Shown here: positions 18,033-25,948 of the stretch, piece after piece
Numbering within the stretch: the stretch's first letter is position 1
How the letters are laid out: every line of letters begins with the position of its first letter
DNA from: Clostridiales bacterium
Lineage (GTDB): Bacteria; Bacillota; Clostridia; Lachnospirales; WRAX01
Assembly (NCBI GenBank): GCA_031277225.1
Contig: JAITMQ010000003.1
Location: 1-52,916, forward strand
Direction: 5' to 3'
DNA length: 52,916 nt
The notes under the pieces: model-generated
The model's input: only the letters and a program-made list of their open reading frames with translations
What the model was told of the DNA's origin: nothing
The model's database searches: none
Made by a program: the position numbers and the translations under genes

Positions 18033-18287
18033 ATGACATTCACAACCGTTTTCGCAAAAGACCTTGACGCAACGGCATTGTATAAGGCCGTAAAACTCTC
18101 GCCCGACGGCGAAATCGAAAAAGTGCTGGCCGAAGGCTGGCATGGCCATAATGCCGCCTTTGGCGTGCGCCGCCTCGCGAACACGGGCTTGGTGCTGGCC
18201 GTACAATCAAGCTTTTTCACAATCGACGGCCTAATCCAAGCCGTCTATTGCACCGAAACAGGCGCGCTTTTCAATCCCGGCCGATAA
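18033..18287 (+). CDS. Hypothetical 84-aa ORF, possibly the frameshifted C-terminal continuation of 17344..18021
   Basis: This reading frame stays open upstream across the stop of the preceding ORF. A C5 run lies at about 18000-18004. Confidence 0.35.
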   Translation: MTFTTVFAKDLDATALYKAVKLSPDGEIEKVLAEGWHGHNAAFGVRRLANTGLVLAVQSSFFTIDGLIQAVYCTETGALFNPGR

Positions 18288-18301
18288 ATTAAAATTTGTG
18301 C

Positions 18302-18357
18302 TTGACAAGTATACTTTGCATATGCTATAATAATTTTGACAATAAAACTTGTCAAAA
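18302..18357 (+). promoter_or_regulatory. Sigma-A promoter plus operator palindrome
   Basis: TTGACA (18302-18307), an 18-nt spacer, then TATAAT (18326-18331). A perfect 9-bp inverted repeat TTTTGACAA-N6-TTGTCAAAA follows at 18334-18357. The half-site TTGACAA also overlaps the -35. Confidence 0.7.
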
Positions 18358-18382
18358 TAACAAGTGTATTTGGAGGGAAATT

Positions 18383-18709
18383 ATGAACAAAGACGAGATT
18401 TTGGAAAAAAGTCGGGCTGCGAAGGGCGACGAGGGTGCGGAAAATGCTGTGAATAAGGGCTTAAAGTGGGGTTATGTAAGCTTTGTTGTTGTCGCAAACT
18501 TTTTTGTGATAACCAATATATGGTTAAGCGGCAACGACACGCCAAAAATTGGCATTGTAACCGCGTCGTTGCTTTTCACTTTCGCCGCCGCCCAATGCTT
18601 CAGCACATATCGCTTTAACAAAAAGCCGATGTATGCGGTGCTTGGGGTTGCCCTTGTTTTGGCGATTATAGCTTTATGCGTTGGTTTCGTAATCTTGATA
18701 AGCCAATAG
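18383..18709 (+). CDS. Small membrane protein (DUF6442-like)
   Basis: ATG 18383 follows GGAGGG. The protein has three hydrophobic segments and is followed by a 69-aa HTH gene, a common pairing. The family name is from memory. Confidence 0.62.
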   Translation: MNKDEILEKSRAAKGDEGAENAVNKGLKWGYVSFVVVANFFVITNIWLSGNDTPKIGIVTASLLFTFAAAQCFSTYRFNKKPMYAVLGVALVLAIIALCVGFVILISQ

Positions 18710-18718
18710 AGGGATGCG

Positions 18719-18928
18719 ATGAAAGGCGAGCTTACGCTTAAAAACAGACTAAAAGTAGCACGCGCAGAGCGCGGCCTATCCCAGGCCGCGCTGGCTGCGC
18801 TTGTTGGCGTGTCGCGCAACACGATAAGCTCGATAGAAACAGGCCAGTTTTGCCCCACGGCAAAACTGGCCCTAATCCTATGCATCGCGCTGGACAAAAA
18901 ATTCGAGGAATTATTTCATTTCGAGTAA
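18719..18928 (+). CDS. XRE-family HTH transcriptional regulator (69 aa)
   Basis: LKNRLKVARAERGLSQAALAALVGVSRNTISSIETGQFCPTAKLALILCIAL. Confidence 0.9.
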   Translation: MKGELTLKNRLKVARAERGLSQAALAALVGVSRNTISSIETGQFCPTAKLALILCIALDKKFEELFHFE

Positions 18929-18965
18929 AGGAGCATTTTTTTGAATACAAAACGACCGTAAGCCG

Positions 18966-19043
18966 GCAGACAAGCCGCCAACCAAGGCACGCCTATGCTT
19001 TCCAAGCGTTACTTTAGCCGGCTTTCAGCCGGCATTTCATGTC
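18966..19043. repeat. Family C intergenic element (copy 2), homologous to 7434-7496
   Basis: The shared string is TGCTTTSCAAGCGTTACTTTAGCCGRCTT..CAGYCGGCA..TCATGTC. The hairpin GCCGGC/GCCGGC here corresponds to GCCGAC/GTCGGC in copy 1. The element abuts or overlaps the stop of a minus-strand exporter gene in both copies. Confidence 0.85.
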
Positions 19044-19812
19044 AGCTCATAATTAATGATAGCAGCAACAGCGCCAGCACACCGACCAGCACGGGCTTAA
19101 TAATTTTTGGCCCAATTTTGATAGCCAGGGCCGAGCCCAGAAGATTCCCCAAAACCCCCGCAATTGCGGCGGGGATGGCCAGCGCGAAAATAACCTGCCC
19201 GCCAATCAAAAATGTAACCATTGAGCCTAAGTTGCTTGAAAGGTTGATAATCTTCGCATTTCCATTTGCTGTTACAAGGTCAAAACGCAGAAAAATTGTA
19301 AAGACTAAAATCAAAAATGTGCCCGTGCCGGGCCCGAAGAAACCGTCGTAAAAGCCGATAATCGCCGCGGCCGCGGCCGCCCCTGCCAAAATTGTGCCGG
19401 GGCGAAGGCTGTCCATGCGGTTCTCCTTGCCGAAGTCCTTTTTGACAATGACCACAATGGCAACAATTGGCAAAATTACCAAAATTGCATATCGCAAAAT
19501 TTCGTCGCTGGTCAAAAGGGCGACAAAAGAACCCAGCGACGAACCCGCCAGCGCAAAAACCACCGAAACGGGAATCGCCTTGATATAGACCTTTCCATTG
19601 CGCAAAAAATTAAAGGCCGCGAGTGCCGTGCCAAATGTCGAGGAAAATTTATTTGAGCCCAAGGCCATATGCATGGGTATTCCCATCAAAACATAGGCCG
19701 GCAGGGTTATCAGCCCGCCGCCGCCCGCAATTGAATCGATAAAACCACCCAAAAAAACCAAGGCGCATAATATCACAATTTGTAGAATTTCAAAAGTCAG
19801 CAATTCTTCCAT
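19042..19812 (-). CDS. TSUP (TauE/SafE) family anion exporter
   Basis: LGGFIDSIAGGGGLITLPAYVLMGIPMHMALGSNKFSSTFGT and 7-8 TM segments. Confidence 0.9.
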   Translation of the reverse strand: MEELLTFEILQIVILCALVFLGGFIDSIAGGGGLITLPAYVLMGIPMHMALGSNKFSSTFGTALAAFNFLRNGKVYIKAIPVSVVFALAGSSLGSFVALLTSDEILRYAILVILPIVAIVVIVKKDFGKENRMDSLRPGTILAGAAAAAAIIGFYDGFFGPGTGTFLILVFTIFLRFDLVTANGNAKIINLSSNLGSMVTFLIGGQVIFALAIPAAIAGVLGNLLGSALAIKIGPKIIKPVLVGVLALLLLSLIMS

Positions 19813-19832
19813 GGATATATTATACTATTTAT

Positions 19833-19861
19833 TTGACTTTTGCACAAGTGTTTGATAGAAT
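19833..19861 (+). promoter_or_regulatory. Sigma-A promoter of pheS (short leader)
   Basis: TTGACT (19833-19838), a 17-nt spacer, then TAGAAT (19856-19861) with TGn. Only about 20 nt separate the -10 from the pheS ATG. Confidence 0.65.
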
Positions 19862-19881
19862 TGTTTAAAGGAGTGGTTTAT

Positions 19882-20916
19882 ATGAAAGATGATTTATTGA
19901 AAATTAAAGGACAGGCCTTGGATAGCATTGCCCAAGCCGCCGATTTGCGGGCTTTAGAGGATGTGCGCGTGGCCACCTTCGGGAAAAAAGGCACGGTTAC
20001 GGCACTTTCGCGGACAATGGGTTCGCTTAGTGCCGAAGAAAGACCCGCCATGGGTCAGATGGTAAATGAGGTGAAAGACGCTCTGGAAGCGGCTTTTACA
20101 GCCAAAAAGCAGGGGCTGGCAGATGCGGCCTTAGAGGCTTCGCTTGCCGACGAAAAAATCGACATAACTCTGCCCGGGCGCAATTTTGCTTTGGGAAGCA
20201 AGCACCCCCTAACCACCGTTATTGACGAAATTTGCAGGATTTTTATGGGCATGGGCTATGAAATTGCCACGGGGCCCGATGTTGAAACGGATTATCATAA
20301 TTTTGAGGCACTCAATATCCCGAAAAACCACCCCGCGCGGGACGAACAGGACACCTTTTATGTCGAAGGCGGCCATGTTTTGCGCACGCATACAAGCCCC
20401 GTGCAAATCCGCAAAATGTCGGAGGGCAGGCTTCCTATTGCGGCCGTTGCGCCCGGCAAAGTCTTTCGTTCTGACGAGGTTGATGCCACACATTCCCCCG
20501 TTTTTCACCAAATTGAGGGGCTGGTGGTGGATAAGGGGATACACATGGGTCATCTTAAGGGCGCGCTGACGGTCTTTGCCGAGGCCCTCTTTGGCGAGGG
20601 CGTTAAAACCCGCTTTAGGCCGCATCATTTCCCATTTACCGAACCTTCCGCCGAAATGGATATTTCCTGCTTCGGCTGTGGGCAGGATGCCGAAAAAATG
20701 CAGGATTGTCGCATTTGTAAGGGCGAGGGCTGGGTTGAGCTGCTGGGTTGCGGAATGGTGCATCCCAAGGTGCTGGCGGGCTGTGGCATTGACCCCGAAG
20801 TCTATTCGGGCTTTGCATTCGGCATGGGCTTAGAGCGCATTGCCATGCAACGCTATAATATAGACGATATGCGCCTGTTGTTCGATAATGATATGCGATT
20901 CTTAAAGCAGTTTTAG
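19882..20916 (+). CDS. pheS: Phenylalanine--tRNA ligase alpha subunit
   Basis: HPARDEQDTFY, FHQIEGLVVD and FTEPSAEMD, plus the Cys-rich CFGCG...CRICKGEGWVELLGCGMVHP segment. ATG 19882 follows AAAGGAG. Confidence 0.97.
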   Translation: MKDDLLKIKGQALDSIAQAADLRALEDVRVATFGKKGTVTALSRTMGSLSAEERPAMGQMVNEVKDALEAAFTAKKQGLADAALEASLADEKIDITLPGRNFALGSKHPLTTVIDEICRIFMGMGYEIATGPDVETDYHNFEALNIPKNHPARDEQDTFYVEGGHVLRTHTSPVQIRKMSEGRLPIAAVAPGKVFRSDEVDATHSPVFHQIEGLVVDKGIHMGHLKGALTVFAEALFGEGVKTRFRPHHFPFTEPSAEMDISCFGCGQDAEKMQDCRICKGEGWVELLGCGMVHPKVLAGCGIDPEVYSGFAFGMGLERIAMQRYNIDDMRLLFDNDMRFLKQF

Positions 20917-20934
20917 TGGGCGGTGGTGGATAAT

Positions 20935-21369
20935 ATGAAAGTGTATTTGGATAATTGCTGCTTCAACAGACCATTTGATGACCAAAGTGCCTTGATTGTC
21001 AGACTTGAAACGGAGGCCGTGTTGCTGATTCAGCAGTTAATTAGGGATGGAAAGCTTAAGCTTGTGTGGTCTTTTATGATTGATTATGAAAATGCAGCCA
21101 ACCCTTTTATTGAAAAACGTAGCAGAGTAAATGCTTGGAGAAGCATGGCGGACGAGAATATTCAACATTCATTTCATATCGCAAAGAAAGCTGCCGAATG
21201 TATGTATTTGGGATTCCGAGAAAAGGATGCCGTCCACATAGCTTGCGCGTTTGACGCAAAAGCCGATTATTTTATAACAACCGACAAAAAAATACTCAAC
21301 AAATCTGTAGATGGTGTCGAATTTTTGAATCCAATCGAATTTTTGAGGAGGTATGACGATGTTAAGTGA
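20935..21369 (+). CDS. PIN-domain protein (putative toxin/RNase)
   Basis: MKVYLDNCCFNRPFDDQS...VWSFMIDYEN...KDAVHIACA...YFITTDKKIL supplies the acidic PIN residues (D6, E, D, TTD). It starts 18 nt after the pheS stop. Confidence 0.78.
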   Translation: MKVYLDNCCFNRPFDDQSALIVRLETEAVLLIQQLIRDGKLKLVWSFMIDYENAANPFIEKRSRVNAWRSMADENIQHSFHIAKKAAECMYLGFREKDAVHIACAFDAKADYFITTDKKILNKSVDGVEFLNPIEFLRRYDDVK

Positions 21370-21568
21370 TACTTTATTACAGCGAGAGGGCATGAGGGTT
21401 TTGGCCGAAAATTTGGGTCTGGTTGAGGCGGGGCGATTTATTGCTCTTATGAATAGAGAGCCTTTTGATTATACCAAATGGCAGCATGGCTTATTTGCGG
21501 ATTTATCCCTTGAAGAGCTTCTTGCGCGGGCAAATCAATATCAAATTGAAAATTTTGGGAGGTCATGA
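21353..21568 (+). CDS. 71-aa protein, putative partner (antitoxin?) of the PIN protein
   Basis: It overlaps the PIN 3' end by 17 nt. Its TGA (21566-21568) overlaps the pheT ATG(s) at 21565/21568. No family was recognised. Confidence 0.5.
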   Translation: MTMLSDTLLQREGMRVLAENLGLVEAGRFIALMNREPFDYTKWQHGLFADLSLEELLARANQYQIENFGRS

Positions 21569-23952
21569 TGAAATTACCTATATTATGGTTAAAGGAATTT
21601 ATTGACATAGACTTAGAAGGCGGGCGGCTTTTGGAATTTGCCGAGAGGATGACCATGAGCGGCTCTAAAGTCGAGAAGATTCACCGTTTTGGGCATGAGA
21701 TTACGGGGGTTATTGCGGGGCGCGTTGAGCAGCTTTTGCCCCATCCCAATGCCGACAAATTGCTGATTGCGCGCGTAAATGTCGGCGCGCCCGAATTGAA
21801 GCAAATCGTTACGGGTGCGGACAATCTTAAAGAGGGCGATTATATCCCCGTTGCGGTTCATGGCGCGAATTTGGCGAATGGCCTTAAAATCAAGAAGGGC
21901 AAAATCCGCGGCGAGGTTTCCGACGGCATGTTGGTGTCCATTGAAGAAATGGGCTATAGCCGCGCGGAATTTCCGGAAGCGCCGGAAAATGGCATCTACG
22001 TATTCGACAAGCCGCAAGAATTGGGCGCGGATGCGCGACCCTTGCTTGGGCTTTTGGATGATGTTATAGAGTTTGAAATTACGACGAATAGGCCGGACTG
22101 CTTCTCAATTGTCGGTCTGGTTCGCGAGGCTTCTGCGGCTTATAATTATCAATTATCAATTAACAATTATCAATCAAATGTTGAAAAGGCCGCGCCTATT
22201 GAGGTGGAGATTGCTAATCCAGAGCTTTGTCCGCGATATATTGCCGCCGTGGTTGAGAATGTTCGGATTGCGCCATCTCCGCTTTGGCTGCGCTCGCGGC
22301 TGATTGCCTGCGGTCTGCGCCCCGTTAACAATATTGTTGACATTACAAATTATGTAATGCTTGAATATGGCCAGCCCATGCACGCCTTTGATATTCGCGC
22401 AATCGAGGGCGGCAAAATCATTGTGCGAAATGCCGCCAAGGGCGAAAAAATCACGACTTTAGATGGCATTGAGCGGGATTTAAGCGAGGATATGCTGCTA
22501 ATTGCCGACCCCGTTAAGGCCGTGGGCATTGCCGGCATCAAGGGCGGCGAATTTTCCAAAATTTTGGACGATACAACCACGATTTTATTTGAATCGGCAA
22601 ATTTTTATGGGCCGAATATTCGGCTAAGCTCTAAGGAGCTTGGTTTGCGCACGGATTCTTCGGGACGCTATGAAAAAGGGCTTGACCCGACTCTGGCCGA
22701 AACCTGCATTTTGCGGGCTTTAGAGCTGGTGGAGCTGCTTGATTGCGGCGACATTGTGCCGGGTCTGACGGATTGTTATCCCATGCGGCGCGACACGCGC
22801 GAGCTAAAGTTTGACCCACAGCGCATTAACGCCCGTTTGGGTATTGACCTGCGCCCCGCGCAAATTGCCGAAATTTTGGAGTGTTTGGGCATTTCTGTCG
22901 CAAAAAATGTCGCAACAATACCCACTTTCCGCTATGATATAACAACTTGGGAGGATTTGTCGGAAGAAGTTGCGCGGCTTTACGGATATGATAATATTCC
23001 CACGGTTGTGGCATCTTCCGCCAATGTTGGCGTTAAAAATTCCGCGCAAATTATGGAAGCGCGGCTGGTGGACATCATGGTTGCGCTGGGCTTTTCCCAA
23101 GCCCTAACCTATGCCTTTGAATCGCCCAAAGTCTTTGATAAGCTGCTTATTCCCGAAAATTTCGAGCTTCGCAACACGGTTCGAATTCTTAATCCCTTGG
23201 GCGAGGACACAAGCATAATGCGCACAACCCCGCTAAATTCAATGCTTACGGCACTTTCAACGAATTATAATCGCCGCAACCCGACAGCACGGCTTTTTGA
23301 GCTGGTTAAAGTCTATACGCCGAATGAGAATCCGCAGGAATTGCCCGCCGAAACGCAAAAACTCGTGGTTGGCGGCTATGGCGATATGGATTTTTATGAC
23401 ATCAAGGGCGTTTTGGAGGCCGTAACCAAGGCCTTTGGCGTTGAAAGCAATTTCGAGCCGCCATTTTTCGACGTTTTGCCCTATATGCATCCCGGGCAGG
23501 TTGCCTGCGCAACCTTTGAATGTGGCGCGCCGCTGGCTTTTTGCGGCAAAATTCACCCCAAGGTTGCCGAAAATTATGAAATTGACCGGCCTGCCTTTGT
23601 GGGCGTGCTAAATTTTGACAAATTGTGCGAAAACGCCGTTTTAAGCAGGGATTACAGCCCCCTGCCGCGCTATCCGCAAATCAGCCGCGACCTTGCCGTC
23701 GTCGTTAAAAATGACATTCGTCATGGCCAAATCGCCGCCAAAATCAAAGAAGCGGGCGGCAAATATCTCCGCGCGCTAAAGCTTTTTGACATTTATGCGG
23801 GCAAAACCCTGCCCGAAGGGCATAAATCCATGGCCTATAATCTTATTTTCCGCGCGGACGACCGCACATTGGAAGACAAAGATGCGACAAAAGCCACCGA
23901 AAAAATCCTGGCGGCCCTAGGCGAAGCCTTCGACGCCCAATTGCGGCAATAA
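21565..23952 (+). CDS. pheT: Phenylalanine--tRNA ligase beta subunit
   Basis: The tRNA-binding domain (HPNADKLLIARVNVG) is followed by B3/4, B5 and FDX-ACB regions, giving 795 aa. The start is ATG 21565 or 21568, after GGGAGG. Confidence 0.97.
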   Translation: MMKLPILWLKEFIDIDLEGGRLLEFAERMTMSGSKVEKIHRFGHEITGVIAGRVEQLLPHPNADKLLIARVNVGAPELKQIVTGADNLKEGDYIPVAVHGANLANGLKIKKGKIRGEVSDGMLVSIEEMGYSRAEFPEAPENGIYVFDKPQELGADARPLLGLLDDVIEFEITTNRPDCFSIVGLVREASAAYNYQLSINNYQSNVEKAAPIEVEIANPELCPRYIAAVVENVRIAPSPLWLRSRLIACGLRPVNNIVDITNYVMLEYGQPMHAFDIRAIEGGKIIVRNAAKGEKITTLDGIERDLSEDMLLIADPVKAVGIAGIKGGEFSKILDDTTTILFESANFYGPNIRLSSKELGLRTDSSGRYEKGLDPTLAETCILRALELVELLDCGDIVPGLTDCYPMRRDTRELKFDPQRINARLGIDLRPAQIAEILECLGISVAKNVATIPTFRYDITTWEDLSEEVARLYGYDNIPTVVASSANVGVKNSAQIMEARLVDIMVALGFSQALTYAFESPKVFDKLLIPENFELRNTVRILNPLGEDTSIMRTTPLNSMLTALSTNYNRRNPTARLFELVKVYTPNENPQELPAETQKLVVGGYGDMDFYDIKGVLEAVTKAFGVESNFEPPFFDVLPYMHPGQVACATFECGAPLAFCGKIHPKVAENYEIDRPAFVGVLNFDKLCENAVLSRDYSPLPRYPQISRDLAVVVKNDIRHGQIAAKIKEAGGKYLRALKLFDIYAGKTLPEGHKSMAYNLIFRADDRTLEDKDATKATEKILAALGEAFDAQLRQ
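22144..22178. repeat. Heptamer tandem repeat (AATTATC-like) x5 inside pheT
   Basis: The units are aattatc aattatc aattaac aattatc aatcaaa. The stretch is translated as YNYQLSINNYQSN. Confidence 0.85.
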
Positions 23953-23968
23953 TGAAAGGGGAATTATT

Positions 23969-24247
23969 ATGACCAAAACCAGCATGACTTTAGACATTGA
24001 CTCCGATTTGAAAGAGCAAACCGAGGAATTGCTTCAAGATATGGGGCTGGACATGTCCACGGCCGTAACCCTTTTTGCGAAGGCCGTGGTGCGGCAGCAA
24101 CGAATTCCTTTTGAAGTTGTGGCAAGTAATCGAGCTTATTATGATTTTAACAGAAAAAAAGCCCTTGAGCCTGACAGCATGGCCGGCAAAATTTGGATTG
24201 CGGATGATTTTGACGCACCTTTGGATGAATTTAAGGAGTATATGTGA
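23969..24247 (+). CDS. RelB/DinJ-type antitoxin with a Phd/DUF2281-like C-terminal tail
   Basis: TLDIDSDLKEQTEELLQDMGLDMSTAVTLFAKAVVRQQRIPFEV matches DinJ. The C-terminal GKIWIADDFDAPLDEF is typical of VapB-type tails. Confidence 0.8.
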   Translation: MTKTSMTLDIDSDLKEQTEELLQDMGLDMSTAVTLFAKAVVRQQRIPFEVVASNRAYYDFNRKKALEPDSMAGKIWIADDFDAPLDEFKEYM

Positions 24248-24627
24248 TGAAAATACTTTTGGACACCCATATCGTGTTGTGGATTCTTAGTAGCAGCAAG
24301 AGGCTTTCGCAATCAACCATCCACATAATTTCAGAAAAAAAGAATCAAAAATTCATCAGTTTGGCGGCCGTATGGGAGTTGGCCATCAAAATAAATCGTG
24401 GAAAAATGGCCTTTGAGGGCGGCATCACAGGATTTCTTAATTTGATACAGGAAAGCGACATTGAAATATTGCATATAACTCCGCCGCATATTGAATATCT
24501 GGAAAAGTTACCGCCTATCCACCAAGACCCTTTTGACAGAATAATGGTGGCGCAGGCCATGTTTGAAGGCATGTTTTTTGCAACGGTGGATAGTAATGTA
24601 AAGAAATATGATATTATGCACATTTGA
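24247..24627 (+). CDS. vapC: VapC-family PIN toxin
   Basis: MKILLDTHIVLW...SLAAVWELAIK...QDPFDRIMVAQA. It shares a TGATG stop/start overlap with the antitoxin. Confidence 0.88.
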   Translation: MKILLDTHIVLWILSSSKRLSQSTIHIISEKKNQKFISLAAVWELAIKINRGKMAFEGGITGFLNLIQESDIEILHITPPHIEYLEKLPPIHQDPFDRIMVAQAMFEGMFFATVDSNVKKYDIMHI

Positions 24628-24633
24628 TACGGA

Positions 24634-24666
24634 AGTTGGGGGCGTGTGGTTTACACGCCCCCAACT
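24634..24666. terminator. 14-bp-stem hairpin between convergent vapC and the oxidoreductase gamma gene
   Basis: AGTTGGGGGCGTGT-ggttt-ACACGCCCCCAACT. There is no clear U-tract on either strand. Confidence 0.6.
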
Positions 24667-24668
24667 TA

Positions 24669-25205
24669 TCATCCCAGACTTTCCAACCCCTTTTTAATCG
24701 AGGCCATATTCATATCCACCAACTCCTGCCGCCCTTTAAAACGGCGCAGCAGCGCGGCTTCTATATCTTCCGGCGTAAAAAGTTCGGTTTGGGTTAAAAA
24801 GCCTGCCAGCATGGTCATATTCGCGCCGCGAGGATTGCCTGTGGCCGTAGCAATATTTGAAGCGTCAATGGCTATAATTGTAACATCATCTCTTTCGACA
24901 GGTTCTGTAACTATCGACGAATTTATGAAGATTATTCCACCCGAACGAACTTTATCAAGAAATTTCGTTACCGAAGGGCCGTTTAGGGCGCAAAGGATGT
25001 CAATATCCCCTAAAACTATGGGGCTGCCGATTACATTATCGGAAATTATAACCGAGCAATTCGCCGTGCCGCCGCGCATTTCCGCGCCATAGGACGGCAT
25101 CCACGTAACCTCTTTTTCCCGCGCAAGCGCAATATCGGCCACAACCTGCCCCAGCGTCAACACGCCCTGCCCTCCAAATCCCGAAAAAATCATCTTTGTA
25201 GTCAT
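24669..25205 (-). CDS. 2-oxoacid:ferredoxin oxidoreductase, gamma subunit
   Basis: MIFSGFGGQGVLTLGQV...SYGAEMRGGTANC is the typical gamma-subunit N-terminus. Confidence 0.9.
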   Translation of the reverse strand: MTTKMIFSGFGGQGVLTLGQVVADIALAREKEVTWMPSYGAEMRGGTANCSVIISDNVIGSPIVLGDIDILCALNGPSVTKFLDKVRSGGIIFINSSIVTEPVERDDVTIIAIDASNIATATGNPRGANMTMLAGFLTQTELFTPEDIEAALLRRFKGRQELVDMNMASIKKGLESLG

Positions 25206-25948
25206 TGCGCCTCACCCCCGTCTCTATAGACACCCAGCGGATAATATGGCAGCATATCGCTTGCCACAAATTTCATTGCATCCACGGGCTTTTTCGCCCA
25301 ACCAATCGGGCAGGTTGACAAAACCTCGACCATGGAGAAGCCGCAGCCGTCAATTTGGTTTTGAAAGGCCTTTTTAATGGCCTTTTTGGTTTGGTTAATA
25401 TGCCTTATATCGTGAATTGACGTGCGCTCGATATAAGTAACCGACGGAATTTGCGCAAGCATTTCACTCATGCGGATTGGGCGGCCCGTTGTCGGTTCGG
25501 CGCGGCCTTGCGGGCTGGTTGAGGTTTTCATGTCGATAAGCGTTGTCGGTGCCATTTGCCCGCCCGTCATGCCATAAATGGCATTATTTACAAAAATAAC
25601 GGTGATATTTTCGCCGCGATGCGCGGCATGAACAATTTCCGCCGTGCCAATGGCCGCCAAATCGCCATCGCCTTGATATGTAAAGACGATTTTGTCGGGA
25701 TTTGTGCGTTTTGCACCCGTGGCCACGGCGGGCGCGCGCCCATGCCCTGCCTGAATCCCGTCGCAATTAAAATATTCATAGGCCAAAACCGCACAGCCCA
25801 CGGGCGCAATTGTAATTGTGCGCTCTAAAATATCAAGCTCTACCAAATTTTCGGCAATAAGCTTGTGAACGATTCCATGCCCGCATCCCGGGCAATAGGA
25901 CAACGGAATATCCGTCAGCCCCCTTGTTTTTTCATATGTCCTAGCCAT
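25202..25948 (-). CDS. 2-oxoacid:ferredoxin oxidoreductase, beta (TPP-binding) subunit
   Basis: YCPGCGHG and GDGDLAAIG...NNAIYGMTGGQ form the TPP motif. ATG 25948 lies 10 nt after GGAGGAT. The ORF-track start at 26044 was rejected. Confidence 0.92.
   Translation of the reverse strand: MARTYEKTRGLTDIPLSYCPGCGHGIVHKLIAENLVELDILERTITIAPVGCAVLAYEYFNCDGIQAGHGRAPAVATGAKRTNPDKIVFTYQGDGDLAAIGTAEIVHAAHRGENITVIFVNNAIYGMTGGQMAPTTLIDMKTSTSPQGRAEPTTGRPIRMSEMLAQIPSVTYIERTSIHDIRHINQTKKAIKKAFQNQIDGCGFSMVEVLSTCPIGWAKKPVDAMKFVASDMLPYYPLGVYRDGGEAQ

Noticed and set aside
12739-18928. Considered whether the activase cluster, the R-M pair, the lipoprotein and the HTH pair form one mobile island (ICE or prophage remnant).
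   Set aside because: No integrase, recombinase, tRNA target or flanking direct repeats were seen. Only the R-M pair looks compositionally foreign by eye.
19813-19881. Looked for T-box leaders upstream of pheS and trpS (37937-37975), and for riboswitches in the larger gaps (12506-12738 and 33190-33290).
   Set aside because: The gaps before pheS (69 nt) and trpS (39 nt) are too short. The larger gaps are explained by divergent promoters and a repeat hairpin, and no specifier or T-box-like conserved strings were seen.
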